Assembly (NCBI GenBank): GCA_032718475.1
Contig: JAUCBJ010007706.1
Location: 1-64,000, forward strand
Direction: 5' to 3'
From: Nemertoderma westbladi
Taxonomy: Eukaryota > Animalia > Xenacoelomorpha
DNA length: 64,000 nt
Shown here: positions 14,001 through 27,951 of the stretch, piece by piece
Position numbering within the stretch: position 1 is the stretch's first letter
How the letters are laid out: every line of letters starts with the position of its first letter
Translations under genes and position numbers: made by a program
Notes under the pieces: model-generated
What the model was told of the DNA's origin: nothing
The model's database searches: none
What the model saw: only the letters and a program-made list of their open reading frames with translations

Positions 14001-17000
14001 ATTCGTACAGTATCCATACCTATCCTCCGATTAACTTACCAGTTCATGTATTCGTACAGTATCCATACCTATCCTCCGATTAACTTACCAGTTCATGTAT
14101 TCGTACAGTATCCATACCTATCCTCCGATTAACTTACCAGTTCATGTATTCGTACAGTATCAATACCTATCCTCAGATTAACTTACCAGTTCGTGTATTC
14201 GTACAGTATCCATACCTATCCTCCGATTAACTTACCAGTTCATGTATTCGTACAGTATCCATACCTATCCTCCGATTAACTTACCAGTTCATGTATTCGT
14301 ACAGTATCCATACATATCCTCCGATTACTGTAACTTACCAGTTCATGTACTCGTACAGTATCCATATCCACCCTCCGATTAACTTACCAGTTCATGTATT
14401 CGTACAGTATCCATACCTATCCTCCGATTACTGTAACTTACCAGTTCGTGTATTCGTACAGTATCCATACCTATCCTCCGATTAACTTACCAGTTCATGT
14501 ATTCGTACAGTATCCATACCTATCCTCCGATTAACTTACCAGTTCATGTATTCGTACAGTATCCATACCTATCCTCCGATTAACTTACCAGTTCATGTAT
14601 TCGTACAGTATCAATACCTATCCTCAGATTAACTTACCAGTTCGTGTATTCGTACAGTATCCATACCTATCCTCCGATTAACTTACCAGTTCATGTATTC
14701 GTACAGTATCCATACCTATCCTCCGATTAACTTACCAGTTCATGTATTCGTACAGTATCCATACCTATCCTCCGATTAACTTACCAGTTCATGTATTCGT
14801 ACAGTATCCATTCCTATCCTCCGATTAACTTACCAGTTCATGTATTCGTACAGTATCAATACCTATCCTCAGATTAACTTACCAGTTAGTGTATTCGTAC
14901 AGTATCCATACCTATCCTCCGATTAACTTACCAGTTCATGTATTCGTACAGTATCCATACCTATCCTCCGATTAACTTACCAGTTCATGTATTCGTACAG
15001 TATCCATACCTATCCTCCGATTAACTTACCAGTTCATGTATTCGTACAGTATCAATACCTATCCTCAGATTAACTTACCAGTTCGTGTATTCGTACAGTA
15101 TCCATACCTATCCTCCGATTAACTTACCAGTTCATGTATTCGTACAGTATCAATACCTATCCTCCGATTAACTTACCAGTTCATGTATTCGTACAGTATC
15201 CATACCTATCCTCCGATTAACTTACCAGTTCATTGTATTCGTACAGTATCCATACCTATCCTCCGATTAACTTACCAGTTCCTGTATTCGTACAGTATCC
15301 ATACCTATCCTCCGATTAACTTACCAGTTCATGTATTCGTACAGTATCAATACCTATCCTCAGATTAACTTACCAGTTCGTGTATTCGTACAGTATCCAT
15401 ACCTATCCTCCGATTAACTTACCAGTTCATGTATTCGTACAGTATCCATACCTATCCTCCGATTAACTTACCAGTTCATGTATTCGTACAGTATCAATAC
15501 CTATCCTCAGATTAACTTACCAGTTCGTGTATTCGTACAGTATCCATACCTATCCTCCGATTAACTTACCAGTTCGTGTATTCGTACAGTATCCATACCT
15601 ATCCTCCGATTAACTTACCAGTTCATGTATTCGTACAGTATCCATACCTATCCTCCGATTAACTTACCAGTTCCTGTATTCGTACAGTATCCATACCTAT
15701 CCTCCGATTAACTTACCAGTTCATGTATTCGTACAGTATCAATACCTATCCTCAGATTAACTTACCAGTTCATTGTATTCGTACAGTATCCATACCTATC
15801 CTCCGATTAACTTACCAGTTCATGTATTCGTACAGTATCAATACCTATCCTCCGATTAACTTACCAGTTCATGTATTCGTACAGTATCCATACCTATCCT
15901 CCGATTAACTTACCAGTTCATTGTATTCGTACAGTATCCATACCTATCCTCCGATTAACTTACCAGTTCCTGTATTCGTACAGTATCCATACCTATCCTC
16001 CGATTAACTTACCAGTTCATGTATTCGTACAGTATCAATACCTATCCTCCGATTAACTTACCAGTTAGTGTATTCGTACAGTATCCATACCTATCCTCCG
16101 ATTAACTTACCAGTTCGTGTATTCGTACAGTATCCATACATATCCTCCGATTACTGTAACTTACCAGTTCATGTACTCGTACAGTATCCATACCTACCCT
16201 CCGATTAAATTACCAGTTCATGTATTCGTACAGTATCCATACCTATCCTCCGATTAACTTACCAGTTCGTGTATTCGTACAGTATCCATACCTATTCTCC
16301 GATTAACTTACCAGTTCGTGTATTCGTACAGTATCCATACATATCCTCCGATTACTGTAACTTCCAGTTCATGTACTCGTACAGTATCCATATCCACCCT
16401 CCGATTAACTTACCAGTTCATGTATTCGTACAGTATCCATACCTATCCTCCGATTAACTTACCAGTTCGTGTACTCGTACAGTATCCATACCTATTCTCC
16501 GATTAACTTACCAGTTCGTGTATTCGTACAGTATCCATACCTATCCTCCGATTACTGTAACTTACCAGTTCGTGTATTCGTACAGTATCCATACCTATCC
16601 TCCGATTAACTTACCAGTTCATGTATTCGTACAGTATCCATACCTATCCTCCGATTAACTTACCAGTTCATGTATTCGTACAGTATCAATACCTATCCTC
16701 CGATTAACTTACCAGTTCGTGTATTCGTACAGTATCCATACCTATCCTCCGATTAACTTACCAGTTCATGTATTCGTACAGTATCCATACCTATCCTCAG
16801 ATTAACTTACCAGTTCGTGTATTCGTACAGTATCCATACCTATTCTCCGATTAACTTACCAGTTCGTGTATTCGTACAGTATCCATACCTATCCTCCGAT
16901 TACTGTAACTTACCAGTTCGTGTATTCGTACAGTATCCATACCTATCCTCCGATTAACTTACCAGTTCATGTATTCGTACAGTATCCATACCTATCCTCC

Positions 17001-20000
17001 GATTAACTTACCAGTTCATGTATTCGTACAGTATCCATACCTATCCTCCGATTAACTTACCAGTTCATGTATTCGTACAGTATCAATACCTATCCTCCGA
17101 TTAACTTACCAGTTCGTGTATTCGTACAGTATCCATACCTATCCTCCGATTAACTTACCAGTTCATGTATTCGTACAGTATCCATACCTATCCTCAGATT
17201 AACTTACCAGTTCGTGTATTCGTACAGTATCCATACCTATCCTCCGAATAACTTACCAGTTCATGTATTCGTACAGTATCCATACCTATCCTCCGATTAA
17301 CTTACAAGTTCATGTATTCGTACAGTATCAATACCTATCCTCCGATTAACTTACCAGTTCATGTATTCGTACAGTATCCATACCTATCCTCCGATTAACT
17401 TACCAGTTCATGTATTCGTACAGTATCCATACCTATCCTCCGATTAACTTACCAGTTCATGTATTCGTACAGTATCCATACCTATCCTCCGATTAACTTA
17501 CCAGTTCATGTATTCGTACAGTATCCATACCTATCCTCCGATTAACTTACCAGTTCATGTATTCGTACAGTATCCATACCTATCCTCCGATTAACTTACC
17601 AGTTCATGTATTCGTACAGTATCAATACCTATCCTCAGATTAACTTACCAGTTCGTGTATTCGTACAGTATCCATACCTATCCTCCGATTAACTTACCAG
17701 TTCATGTATTCGTACAGTATCCATACCTATCCTCCGATTAACTTACCAGTTCATGTATTCGTACAGTATCCATACCTATCCTCCGATTAACTTACCAGTT
17801 CATGTATTCGTACAGTATCAATACCTATCCTCAGATTAACTTACCAGTTCGTGTATTCGTACAGTATCCATACCTATCCTCCGATTAACTTACCAGTTCA
17901 TGTATTCGTACAGTATCAATACCTATCCTCCGATGAACTTACCAGTTCATGTATTCGTACAGTATCCATACCTATCCTCCGATTAACTAACCAGTTCATG
18001 TATTCGTACAGTATCAATACCTATCCTCCGATTAACTTACCAGTTCATGTATTCGTACAGTATCCATACCTATCCTCCGATTAACTAACCAGTTCATGTA
18101 TTCGTACAGTATCAATACCTATCCTCCGATTAACTTACCAGTTCATGTATTCGTACAGTATCCATACCTATCCTCCGATTAATTTACCAGTTCATGTATT
18201 CGTACAGTATCCATACCTATCCTCCGATTAACTTACCAGTTCATGTATTCGTACAGTATCCATACCTATCCTCCGATTAACTTACCAGTTCATGTATTCG
18301 TACAGTATCAATACCTATCCTCAGATTAACTTACCAGTTCGTGTATTCGTACAGTATCCATACCTATCCTCCGATTAACTTACCAGTTCATGTATTCGTA
18401 CAGTATCCATACCTATCCTCCGATTAACTTACCAGTTCATGTATTCGTACAGTATCCATACCTATCCTCCGATTAACTTACCAGTTCCTGTATTCGTACA
18501 GTATCCATACCTATCCTCCGATTAACTTACCAGTTCATGTATTCGTACAGTATCCATACCTATCCTCCGATTAACTTACCAGTTCATGTATTCGTACAGT
18601 ATCAATACCTATCCTCAGATTAACTTACCAGTTCGTGTATTCGTACAGTATCCATACCTATCCTCCGATTAACTTACCAGTTCATGTATTCGTACAGTAT
18701 CCATACCTATCCTCCGATTAACTTACCAGTTCATGTATTCGTACAGTATCCATACCTATCCTCCGATTAACTTACCAGTTCCTGTATTCGTACAGTATCC
18801 ATACCTATCCTCCGATTAACTTACCAGTTCATGTATTCGTACAGTATCCATACCTATCCTCCGATTAACTTACCAGTTCCTGTATTCGTACAGTATCCAT
18901 ACCTATCCTCCGATTAACTTACCAGTTCATGTATTCGTACAGTATCAATACCTATCCTCAGATTAACTTACCAGTTCATTGTATTCGTACAGTATCCATA
19001 CCTATCCTCCGATTAACTTACCAGTTCATGTATTCGTACAGTATCAATACCTATCCTCCGATTAACTTACCAGTTCATGTATTCGTACAGTATCAATACC
19101 TATCCTCCGATTAACTTACCAGTTCATGTATTCGTACAGTATCCATACCTATCCTCCGATTAACTTACCAGTTCATTGTATTCGTACAGTATCCATACTT
19201 ATCCTCCGATTAACTTACCAGTTAGTGTATTCGTACAGTATCCATACCTATCCTCCGATTAACTTACCAGTTCGTGTATTCGTACAGTATCCATACATAT
19301 CCTCCGATTACTGTAACTTACCAGTTCATGTACTCGTACAGTATCCATACCTACCCTCCGATTAAATTACCAGTTCATGTATTCGTACAGTATCCATACC
19401 TATCCTCCGATTAACTTACCAGTTCGTGTATTCGTACAGTATCCATACCTATTCTCCGATTAACTTACCAGTTCGTGTATTCGTACAGTATCCATACATA
19501 TCCTCCGATTACTGTAACTTCCAGTTCATGTACTCGTACAGTATCCATATCCACCCTCCGATTAACTTACCAGTTCATGTATTCGTACAGTATCCATACC
19601 TATCCTCCGATTAACTTACCAGTTCGTGTACTCGTACAGTATCCATACCTATTCTCCGATTAACTTACCAGTTCGTGTATTCGTACAGTATCCATACCTA
19701 TCCTCCGATTACTGTAACTTACCAGTTCGTGTATTCGTACAGTATCCATACCTATCCTCCGATTAACTTACCAGTTCATGTATTCGTACAGTATCCATAC
19801 CTATCCTCCGATTAACTTACCAGTTCATGTATTCGTACAGTATCAATACCTATCCTCCGATTAACTTACCAGTTCGTGTATTCGTACAGTATCCATACCT
19901 ATCCTCCGATTAACTTACCAGTTCATGTATTCGTACAGTATCCATACCTATCCTCAGATTAACTTACCAGTTCGTGTATTCGTACAGTATCCATACCTAT

Positions 20001-23000
20001 TCTCCGATTAACTTACCAGTTCGTGTATTCGTACAGTATCCATACCTATCCTCCGATTACTGTAACTTACCAGTTCGTGTATTCGTACAGTATCCATACC
20101 TATCCTCCGATTAACTTACCAGTTCATGTATTCGTACAGTATCCATACCTATCCTCCGATTAACTTACCAGTTCATGTATTCGTACAGTATCCATACCTA
20201 TCCTCCGATTAACTTACCAGTTCATGTATTCGTACAGTATCAATACCTATCCTCCGATTAACTTACCAGTTCGTGTATTCGTACAGTATCCATACCTATC
20301 CTCCGATTAACTTACCAGTTCATGTATTCGTACAGTATCCATACCTATCCTCAGATTAACTTACCAGTTCGTGTATTCGTACAGTATCCATACCTATCCT
20401 CCGATTAACTTACCAGTTCATGTATTCGTACAGTATCCATACCTATCCTCCGAATAACTTACCAGTTCATGTATTCGTACAGTATCCATACCTATCCTCC
20501 GATTAACTTACAAGTTCATGTATTCGTACAGTATCAATACCTATCCTCCGATTAACTTACCAGTTCATGTATTCGTACAGTATCCATACCTATCCTCCGA
20601 TTAACTTACCAGTTCATGTATTCGTACAGTATCCATACCTATCCTCCGATTAACTTACCAGTTCATGTATTCGTACAGTATCCATACCTATCCTCCGATT
20701 AACTTACCAGTTCATGTATTCGTACAGTATCCATACCTATCCTCCGATTAACTTACCAGTTCATGTATTCGTACAGTATCCATACCTATCCTCCGATTAA
20801 CTTACCAGTTCATGTATTCGTACAGTATCAATACCTATCCTCAGATTAACTTACCAGTTCGTGTATTCGTACAGTATCCATACCTATCCTCCGATTAACT
20901 TACCAGTTCATGTATTCGTACAGTATCCATACCTATCCTCCGATTAACTTACCAGTTCATGTATTCGTACAGTATCCATACCTATCCTCCGATTAACTTA
21001 CCAGTTCATGTATTCGTACAGTATCAATACCTATCCTCAGATTAACTTACCAGTTCGTGTATTCGTACAGTATCCATACCTATCCTCCGATTAACTTACC
21101 AGTTCATGTATTCGTACAGTATCAATACCTATCCTCCGATGAACTTACCAGTTCATGTATTCGTACAGTATCCATACCTATCCTCCGATTAACTAACCAG
21201 TTCATGTATTCGTACAGTATCAATACCTATCCTCCGATTAACTTACCAGTTCATGTATTCGTACAGTATCCATACCTATCCTCCGATTAACTAACCAGTT
21301 CATGTATTCGTACAGTATCAATACCTATCCTCCGATTAACTTACCAGTTCATGTATTCGTACAGTATCCATACCTATCCTCCGATTAATTTACCAGTTCA
21401 TGTATTCGTACAGTATCCATACCTATCCTCCGATTAACTTACCAGTTCATGTATTCGTACAGTATCCATACCTATCCTCCGATTAACTTACCAGTTCATG
21501 TATTCGTACAGTATCAATACCTATCCTCAGATTAACTTACCAGTTCGTGTATTCGTACAGTATCCATACCTATCCTCCGATTAACTTACCAGTTCATGTA
21601 TTCGTACAGTATCCATACCTATCCTCCGATTAACTTACCAGTTCATGTATTCGTACAGTATCCATATCTATCCTCCGATTAACTTACCAGTTCATGTATT
21701 CGTACAGTATCAATACCTATCCTCAGATTAACTTACCAGTTCGTGTATTCGTACAGTATCCATACCTATCCTCCGATTAACTTACCAGTTCATGTATTCG
21801 TACAGTATCAATGCCTATCCTCCGATGAACTTACCAGTTCATGTATTCGTACAGTATCCATACCTATCCTCCGATTAACTAACCAGTTCATGTATTCGTA
21901 CAGTATCCATACCTATCCTCCGATTAACTTACCTGTTCATGTATTCGTACAGTATCCATACCTATCCTCCGATTAACTTACCAGTTAGTGTATTCGTACA
22001 GTATCCATACCTATCCTCCGATTAACTTACCAGTTCATGTATTCGTACAGTATCCATACCTATCCTCCGATTAACTTACCAGTTCATGTATTCGTACAGT
22101 ATCCATACCTATCCTCCGATTAACTTACCAGTTCATGTATTCGTACAGTATCCATACCTATCCTCCGATTAACTTACCAGTTCATGTATTCGTACAGTAT
22201 CAATACCTATCCTCAGATTAACTTACCAGTTCGTGTATTCGTACAGTATCCATACCTATCCTCCGATTAACTTACCAGTTCATGTATTCGTACAGTATCC
22301 ATACCTATCCTCCGATTAACTTACCATTTCATGTATTCGTACAGTATCCATACCTATCCTCCGATTAACTTACCAGTTCATGTATTCGTACAGTATCCAT
22401 TCCTATCCTCCGATTAACTTACCAGTTCATGTATTCGTACAGTATCAATACCTATCCTCAGATTAACTTACCAGTTCGTGTATTCGTACAGTATCCATAC
22501 CTATCCTCCGATTAACTTACCAGTTCATGTATTCGTACAGTATCCATACCTATCCTCCGATTAACTTACCAGTTCATGTATTCGTACAGTATCCATACCT
22601 ATCCTCCGATTAACTTACCAGTTCATGTATTCGTACAGTATCAATACCTATCCTCAGATTAACTTACCAGTTCGTGTATTCGTACAGTATCCATACCTAT
22701 CCTCCGATTAACTTACCAGTTCATGTATTCGTACAGTATCAATACCTATCCTCCGATTAACTTACCAGTTCATGTATTCGTACAGTATCCATACCTATCC
22801 TCCGATTAACTTACCAGTTCATTGTATTCGTACAGTATCCATACCTATCCTCCGATTAACTTACCAGTTCCTGTATTCGTACAGTATCCATACCTATCCT
22901 CCGATTAACTTACCAGTTCATGTATTCGTACAGTATCAATACCTATCCTCAGATTAACTTACCAGTTCGTGTATTCGTACAGTATCCATACCTATCATCC

Positions 23001-23520
23001 GATTAACTTACCAGTTCATGTATTCGTACAGTATCCATACCTATCCTCCGATTAACTTACCAGTTCATGTATTCGTACAGTATCAATACCTATCCTCAGA
23101 TTAACTTACCAGTTCGTGTATTCGTACAGTATCCATACTTATCCTCCGATTAACTTACCAGTTCGTGTATTCGTACAGTATCCATACCTATCCTCCGATT
23201 AACTTACCAGTTCATGTATTCGTACAGTATCCATACCTATCCTCCGATTAACTTACCAGTTCCTGTATTCGTACAGTATCCATACCTATCCTCCGATTAA
23301 CTTACCAGTTCGTGTATTCGTACAGTATCCATACCTATCCTCCGATTAACTTACCAGTTCATTGTATTCGTACAGTATCCATACCTATCCTCCAATTAAC
23401 TTACCAGTTCGTATACTCGTACAGTATCCATACCTATCCTCCGATTACTGTAACTTACCAGTTCGTGTATTCGTACAGTATCCATACCTATCCTCCGATT
23501 AACTTACCAGTTCGCGTATT
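5058..23520 (-). repeat. 18.5 kb tandem array of a 49-bp unit (~370 copies) derived from the sulfotransferase exon/intron junction
   Basis: Minus-strand unit gtaagttaatcggaggataggtatggatactgtacgaatac(a)(t/c)gaactg. Length variants of 50, 54 and 56 bp occur. The array runs directly into the coding exon at 23508-23520. Confidence 0.97.
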
Positions 23521-23967
23521 TGATTGGTATTTTTGTAGTTTCGAAAATCGTAGATCGAGACGATGTCTATTAAGAAATTCAAACTTCCCAGACGAGGCAA
23601 ATTTACACTGAAATATATCACCAAGCAACGGCAGTAAATGTTGTCTCTCGATGTGGCGGTTATTCGTACAGAAATTGAGGCCTTTCTCGCATTTAATATC
23701 AAAAATTTCCTCATATTTAGACACATTTTTTGCTATTAGTTGAGGTAAAACAGCCAGTGGTTCAAACAAATAGAATATATCTCGATGCGCGTTTAATGTC
23801 TCGCCCAGAAATGTGCTCCCTGATTTGTAGAAGCTACTAATTACAACGACTTTCCGCTTTGTCTTTGCCTCTTGCGTTACGTATTTACAAGCCCAGAATA
23901 AACAACAGATCGTCAGAATAATGTAAACAGATTTTCTTCTTACTTTGGTAATCATTTTTTTCTGCAT
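23508..23967 (-). CDS. Carbohydrate sulfotransferase (CHST1-7/GlcNAc6ST-like), 5' coding exon; type II Golgi membrane protein
   Basis: Basic N-tail, TM segment SVYIILTICCLFWAC, 5'-PSB motif SFYKSGSTFLGE and HRDIFYLFEPL. Donor CTG|GTAAGT at 23508/23507. A pyrimidine tract plus CAG at 23964-23962 suggests the exon starts at 23961 and uses the ATG at 23955. Confidence 0.9.
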
Positions 23968-26611
23968 TTGGAAAAATGAAGACGTGAAATTATACAGAAG
24001 TTGCTATAACAACATTTAGAATCACAAAAAACTTGTAACAAAATCAAGTTTATAATATAGTCACAGATAGTGAGTGCATATATTAGTCCCCCTACATTAT
24101 CATTGTGCAGTGGGAAGGGCATGCATGAATTTGGAATATTATTATAAATATGTAACAGCTTGATTACAAAAATCTATGCTACTTATTTAAATGAGCATGT
24201 GTCACACTACAAACTACATGGACAATTAGCTTCCTGTAGTTCTGGGTATTGCTGCAAACAAATCAATGCATTGTGGTTCCACAACATATTTGTCTCTACA
24301 ACAGATACGATGATATACAGACCTATTTGATGTAAAAATGACTTGTGTGTGTGTCCCTCAAGGTGACACTTTCTTCCTGTGACATTAATTATTGTGGTGG
24401 TCTATGCACTACGAATGTTTATTGGTAAACATTATATTGATGGGTTATGATTGATATTGATGGATTTATGGGAAAGTACAACCTGCGGTGATACTGTCTG
24501 TACTACGGTAGAAGTAGGCCTAGAGCAGAACCACAAAATACACTTGAGACAGACCTAGACTTTTGAGATATTTAATGGTAGGCCAGGGCGTAAGACAAAG
24601 ACAAGTTACGTATTACCAAGTTTGTAATAAATAATAAATATAAGGTGAATTGAGGTGAAAGTGAAAAATCAGTAAAATTTGTACTTCATAATGAAATTTA
24701 GCTGACTTAATTTTTGAAATGCCGCCACTCAAAAGTGATTTTTATGACGTTCGTTTGGAAAAGTTTATTTTGCATTTTATTGTTATTTCTTATATTACTT
24801 AATTTGCCTTTGGCTCTAGAATCCCTGATTGTCTAACTGGTACCGGTACTGGTACCGGTATCAACGGTGTTGTTGATAACAATACCACTTAATTTTAACA
24901 ACAATTAATTACATATTGTACAGTAAATTTATTGTCACGCTTCCAGTAAATTTATTGTCAACGCTTCCTCCGCTGCCGGGGAATTAGTCAATCACGCAAT
25001 GAAACTTAAATAGTTCTTACTGTTCAATAATCGCTTATATATTAATAATTACTTTTAGTTTTAAGCGAGATCGGTTGGTAGTGCTTTTTATCGTAGTTAT
25101 TTATCACAATCAATTCAACCTCTATTTCCATTGGTTGTCCTCCTTGATTTTACGTTTTCATTGGTTGAATATGTTTCTACCAAATACTTTATGTTATGAG
25201 TAGGCTTACGTCTGTTATCAGTAACGGTGGTATTAATTACAATTACGACCACTAGGGGTCGTCCTAATCAAATACTGATGACGCAATACTTAGCTGTTTA
25301 ATCAGCATCACAATTGCCCCCTGTGGGGCGAGTCAAAACTGCGAGCCATCAGCGAACTGTTATAATTATACTATGGCCGTTTTCTAAAAGCCTGCGTCTG
25401 TGACGGAAGCAATAATTGTGGGAAGCCAAGATATAACTAGCCATAGTATAATTATAATTGTTTGCTATTATGGCTTGCGGCTTTTGCTGCACGAAGGCCT
25501 CACTCGCTATGCCCCGGGTTAAATATTTCAATGCCCCATATCTGTACCGCTACTAATTATCTATGTGGGGTAGCTCGTCATTTGTATGACGAAGGCCATA
25601 CGCGAATTCAGCTTGGAAAATTTTTTAAACTTTTGCCATACAACATGTGTACCAAGTTTGATTAGATTTTATCGACGATTGATCGAGTTTTTAACGTTCA
25701 AATATTGGACACGTCAAAGTAACAGATCAACAGAACCACAGACACATTGGTTGTGATAGTGGTATAGGTCCTACCTATAGTTTACTTCCGTGGCTCTCCC
25801 CACAATAATTATAAAAATACTTGTCGCATTTTACTACTGTATTTGTGTAATTTTCCTGCCAGCATTTCTTGTTGCTCGTTGTTGGTCATTGTTGCTCGTT
25901 GTGCATTTTATCACCTACCGCTTAATCTACCATTTTCATTGTAACGAGTGGTAACATTCGGCCAAGTAGGTACTGTAGGGTTGAGCTGAGCACAATAGGT
26001 ATAGTGTTTGAGTACAGTGGCTGAAGATGTTGACAGCCCTTATTCAGGCCTGCGCTGCGGTAACACAGTAGGCCGGTCTACAGTATTTATAAAATTTCGC
26101 TTCAATTATGACATAGTCTCTGTAGGTGGGTTCTTGCCCATGTCACCGGTGGTACATTTGGTCACTTGGACATTAGGTCCAGCCAACAAAACAAACTCTT
26201 AATCTAAATATGACATAGGCCTATAAAAGGGTAGGTGCTAAAATGCACAACGAGAATTACTGAATTAGAATTACTGTACTTGACAATTATAATTACTAAT
26301 AATAGGGTTGTGCCTGACCAACAAACCCCAACAAAAACACAGCTTGTTACTACAGTACTACAGTATGTACAGTAGACCTGCTGTATGGTGGGCGTGCTTC
26401 AACGATGTTATGGCCAATAATAGTTTACTGGTGTATCGTAATGGTATACATTCTGTAGGCCTCCCCTGTCTGACTCTGCGGGCAGGACAGATTCCGCTGT
26501 TCCACCGGTACCATTCCGTTGGTGGGGTTTAAAATCTCATCCTTAATTACCCTAAAATGGTATTTAAAAAAAAAGTTAATGTAAAGCATCATTTTTGTGT
26601 GACGGAGCATA

Positions 26612-27175
26612 GAGCCCCTTAATGTCTATTTAATAATATTGGTAATGTTTGCATGGAGTCCCTTAATGTCTATTTAATAATATTGGTAATGTTTGCATGG
26701 AGTCCCTTAATGTCTATTTAATAATATTGGTAATGTTTGCATGGAGTCCCTTAATGTCTATTTAATAATATTGGTAATGTTTGCATGGAGTCCCTTAATG
26801 TCTATTTAATAATATTGGTAATGTTTGCATGGAGTCCCTTAATGTCTATTTAATAATATTGGTAATGTTTGCATGGAGTCCCTTAATGTCTATTTAATAA
26901 TATTGGTAATGTTTGCATGGAGTCCCTTAATGTCTATTTAATAATATTGGTAATGTTTGCATGGAGTCCCTTAATGTCTATTTAATAATATTGGTAATGT
27001 TTGCATGGAGTCCCTTTATGTCTATTTAATAATATTGGTAATGTTTGCATGGAGTCTCTTAATGTCTATTTAATAATATTGGTAATGTTTGCATGGAGTC
27101 CCTTAATGTCTATTTAATAATATTGGTAATGTTTACATGGAGTCCCTTAATGTCTAATTAATAATATTGGTAATG
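26612..27175. repeat. 44-bp minisatellite, ~13 copies
   Basis: Unit ggagtcccttaatgtctatttaataatattggtaatgtttgcat, near-identical copies. Confidence 0.95.
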
Positions 27176-27789
27176 GTTTGGTTACTAAATTGGTATTGCA
27201 TAGTTATTATAAATGCTGTTGAGTACGTGCACTGACATAGTTTCAGCTAAATGAAGCAACATATAACTTATTGGGTACGATGAGTGAGTATCCATAGTGA
27301 TAATGTATATTTACTGTATTATTTATTTATATTTAACGAATCTCCATCAGATGTATTTTGTTAACAAAAAACTGCTCTGCCCTCTGATCTACAGTATATT
27401 ATTATTAGGTTGGCAGTGATAGGGAGATACATACAACTGTACTGTCATGAATGCACAGTAATGAAGTATCTATATCAATCAAACCTCACTGTAAAATAAT
27501 ATATGGGCGTTTCCAAGAATTTAGGGAATTGCATGGAAGGCAGTCAGCAGTGAGCGGTGTACTAATACGTATGGCTCAAATAAGTTTGCCAAGTATCCTA
27601 TTCAAACTCAACGGCAGTAGGTGGTACTTACATGTGAACAATCGGTGATCCTTAAGGTAGCATGACGATTCATTTATAAGAGATACCGGTAACAAAGCTC
27701 AAGAATGGCAATCACAAACCTTTTTGGCACTTCATATATAATTCATCATCTATCATTATGCTATTTTGTGTAGTTGTTTATCCGTTGTT

Positions 27790-27826
27790 ATTGGTGATTT
27801 GGCACATTCGTAACGTCCTTTATAAA
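27790..27826 (+). promoter_or_regulatory. Candidate core promoter of the secreted-protein gene
   Basis: TATAAA at 27821-27826, ~130 bp upstream of the ATG, with a reverse CCAAT (ATTGG) at 27790-27794. Confidence 0.35.
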
Positions 27827-27951
27827 CCCACTCACATAGTCATACCCTATATTGACATAATCTCTCGCTTTCGGTAAATTACTAATTTATTTATTGATCA
27901 ATTTCACCAAGATATTTTTCGAAAAAGACCAAAAATAAACATCATAGGACG

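Noticed and set aside
5103-23611. Dozens of + strand ORFs (MYSYSIHTYPP...) in the array
   Set aside because: Artefacts of translating a 49-bp (non-triplet) repeat; frames rotate and stop at regular intervals.
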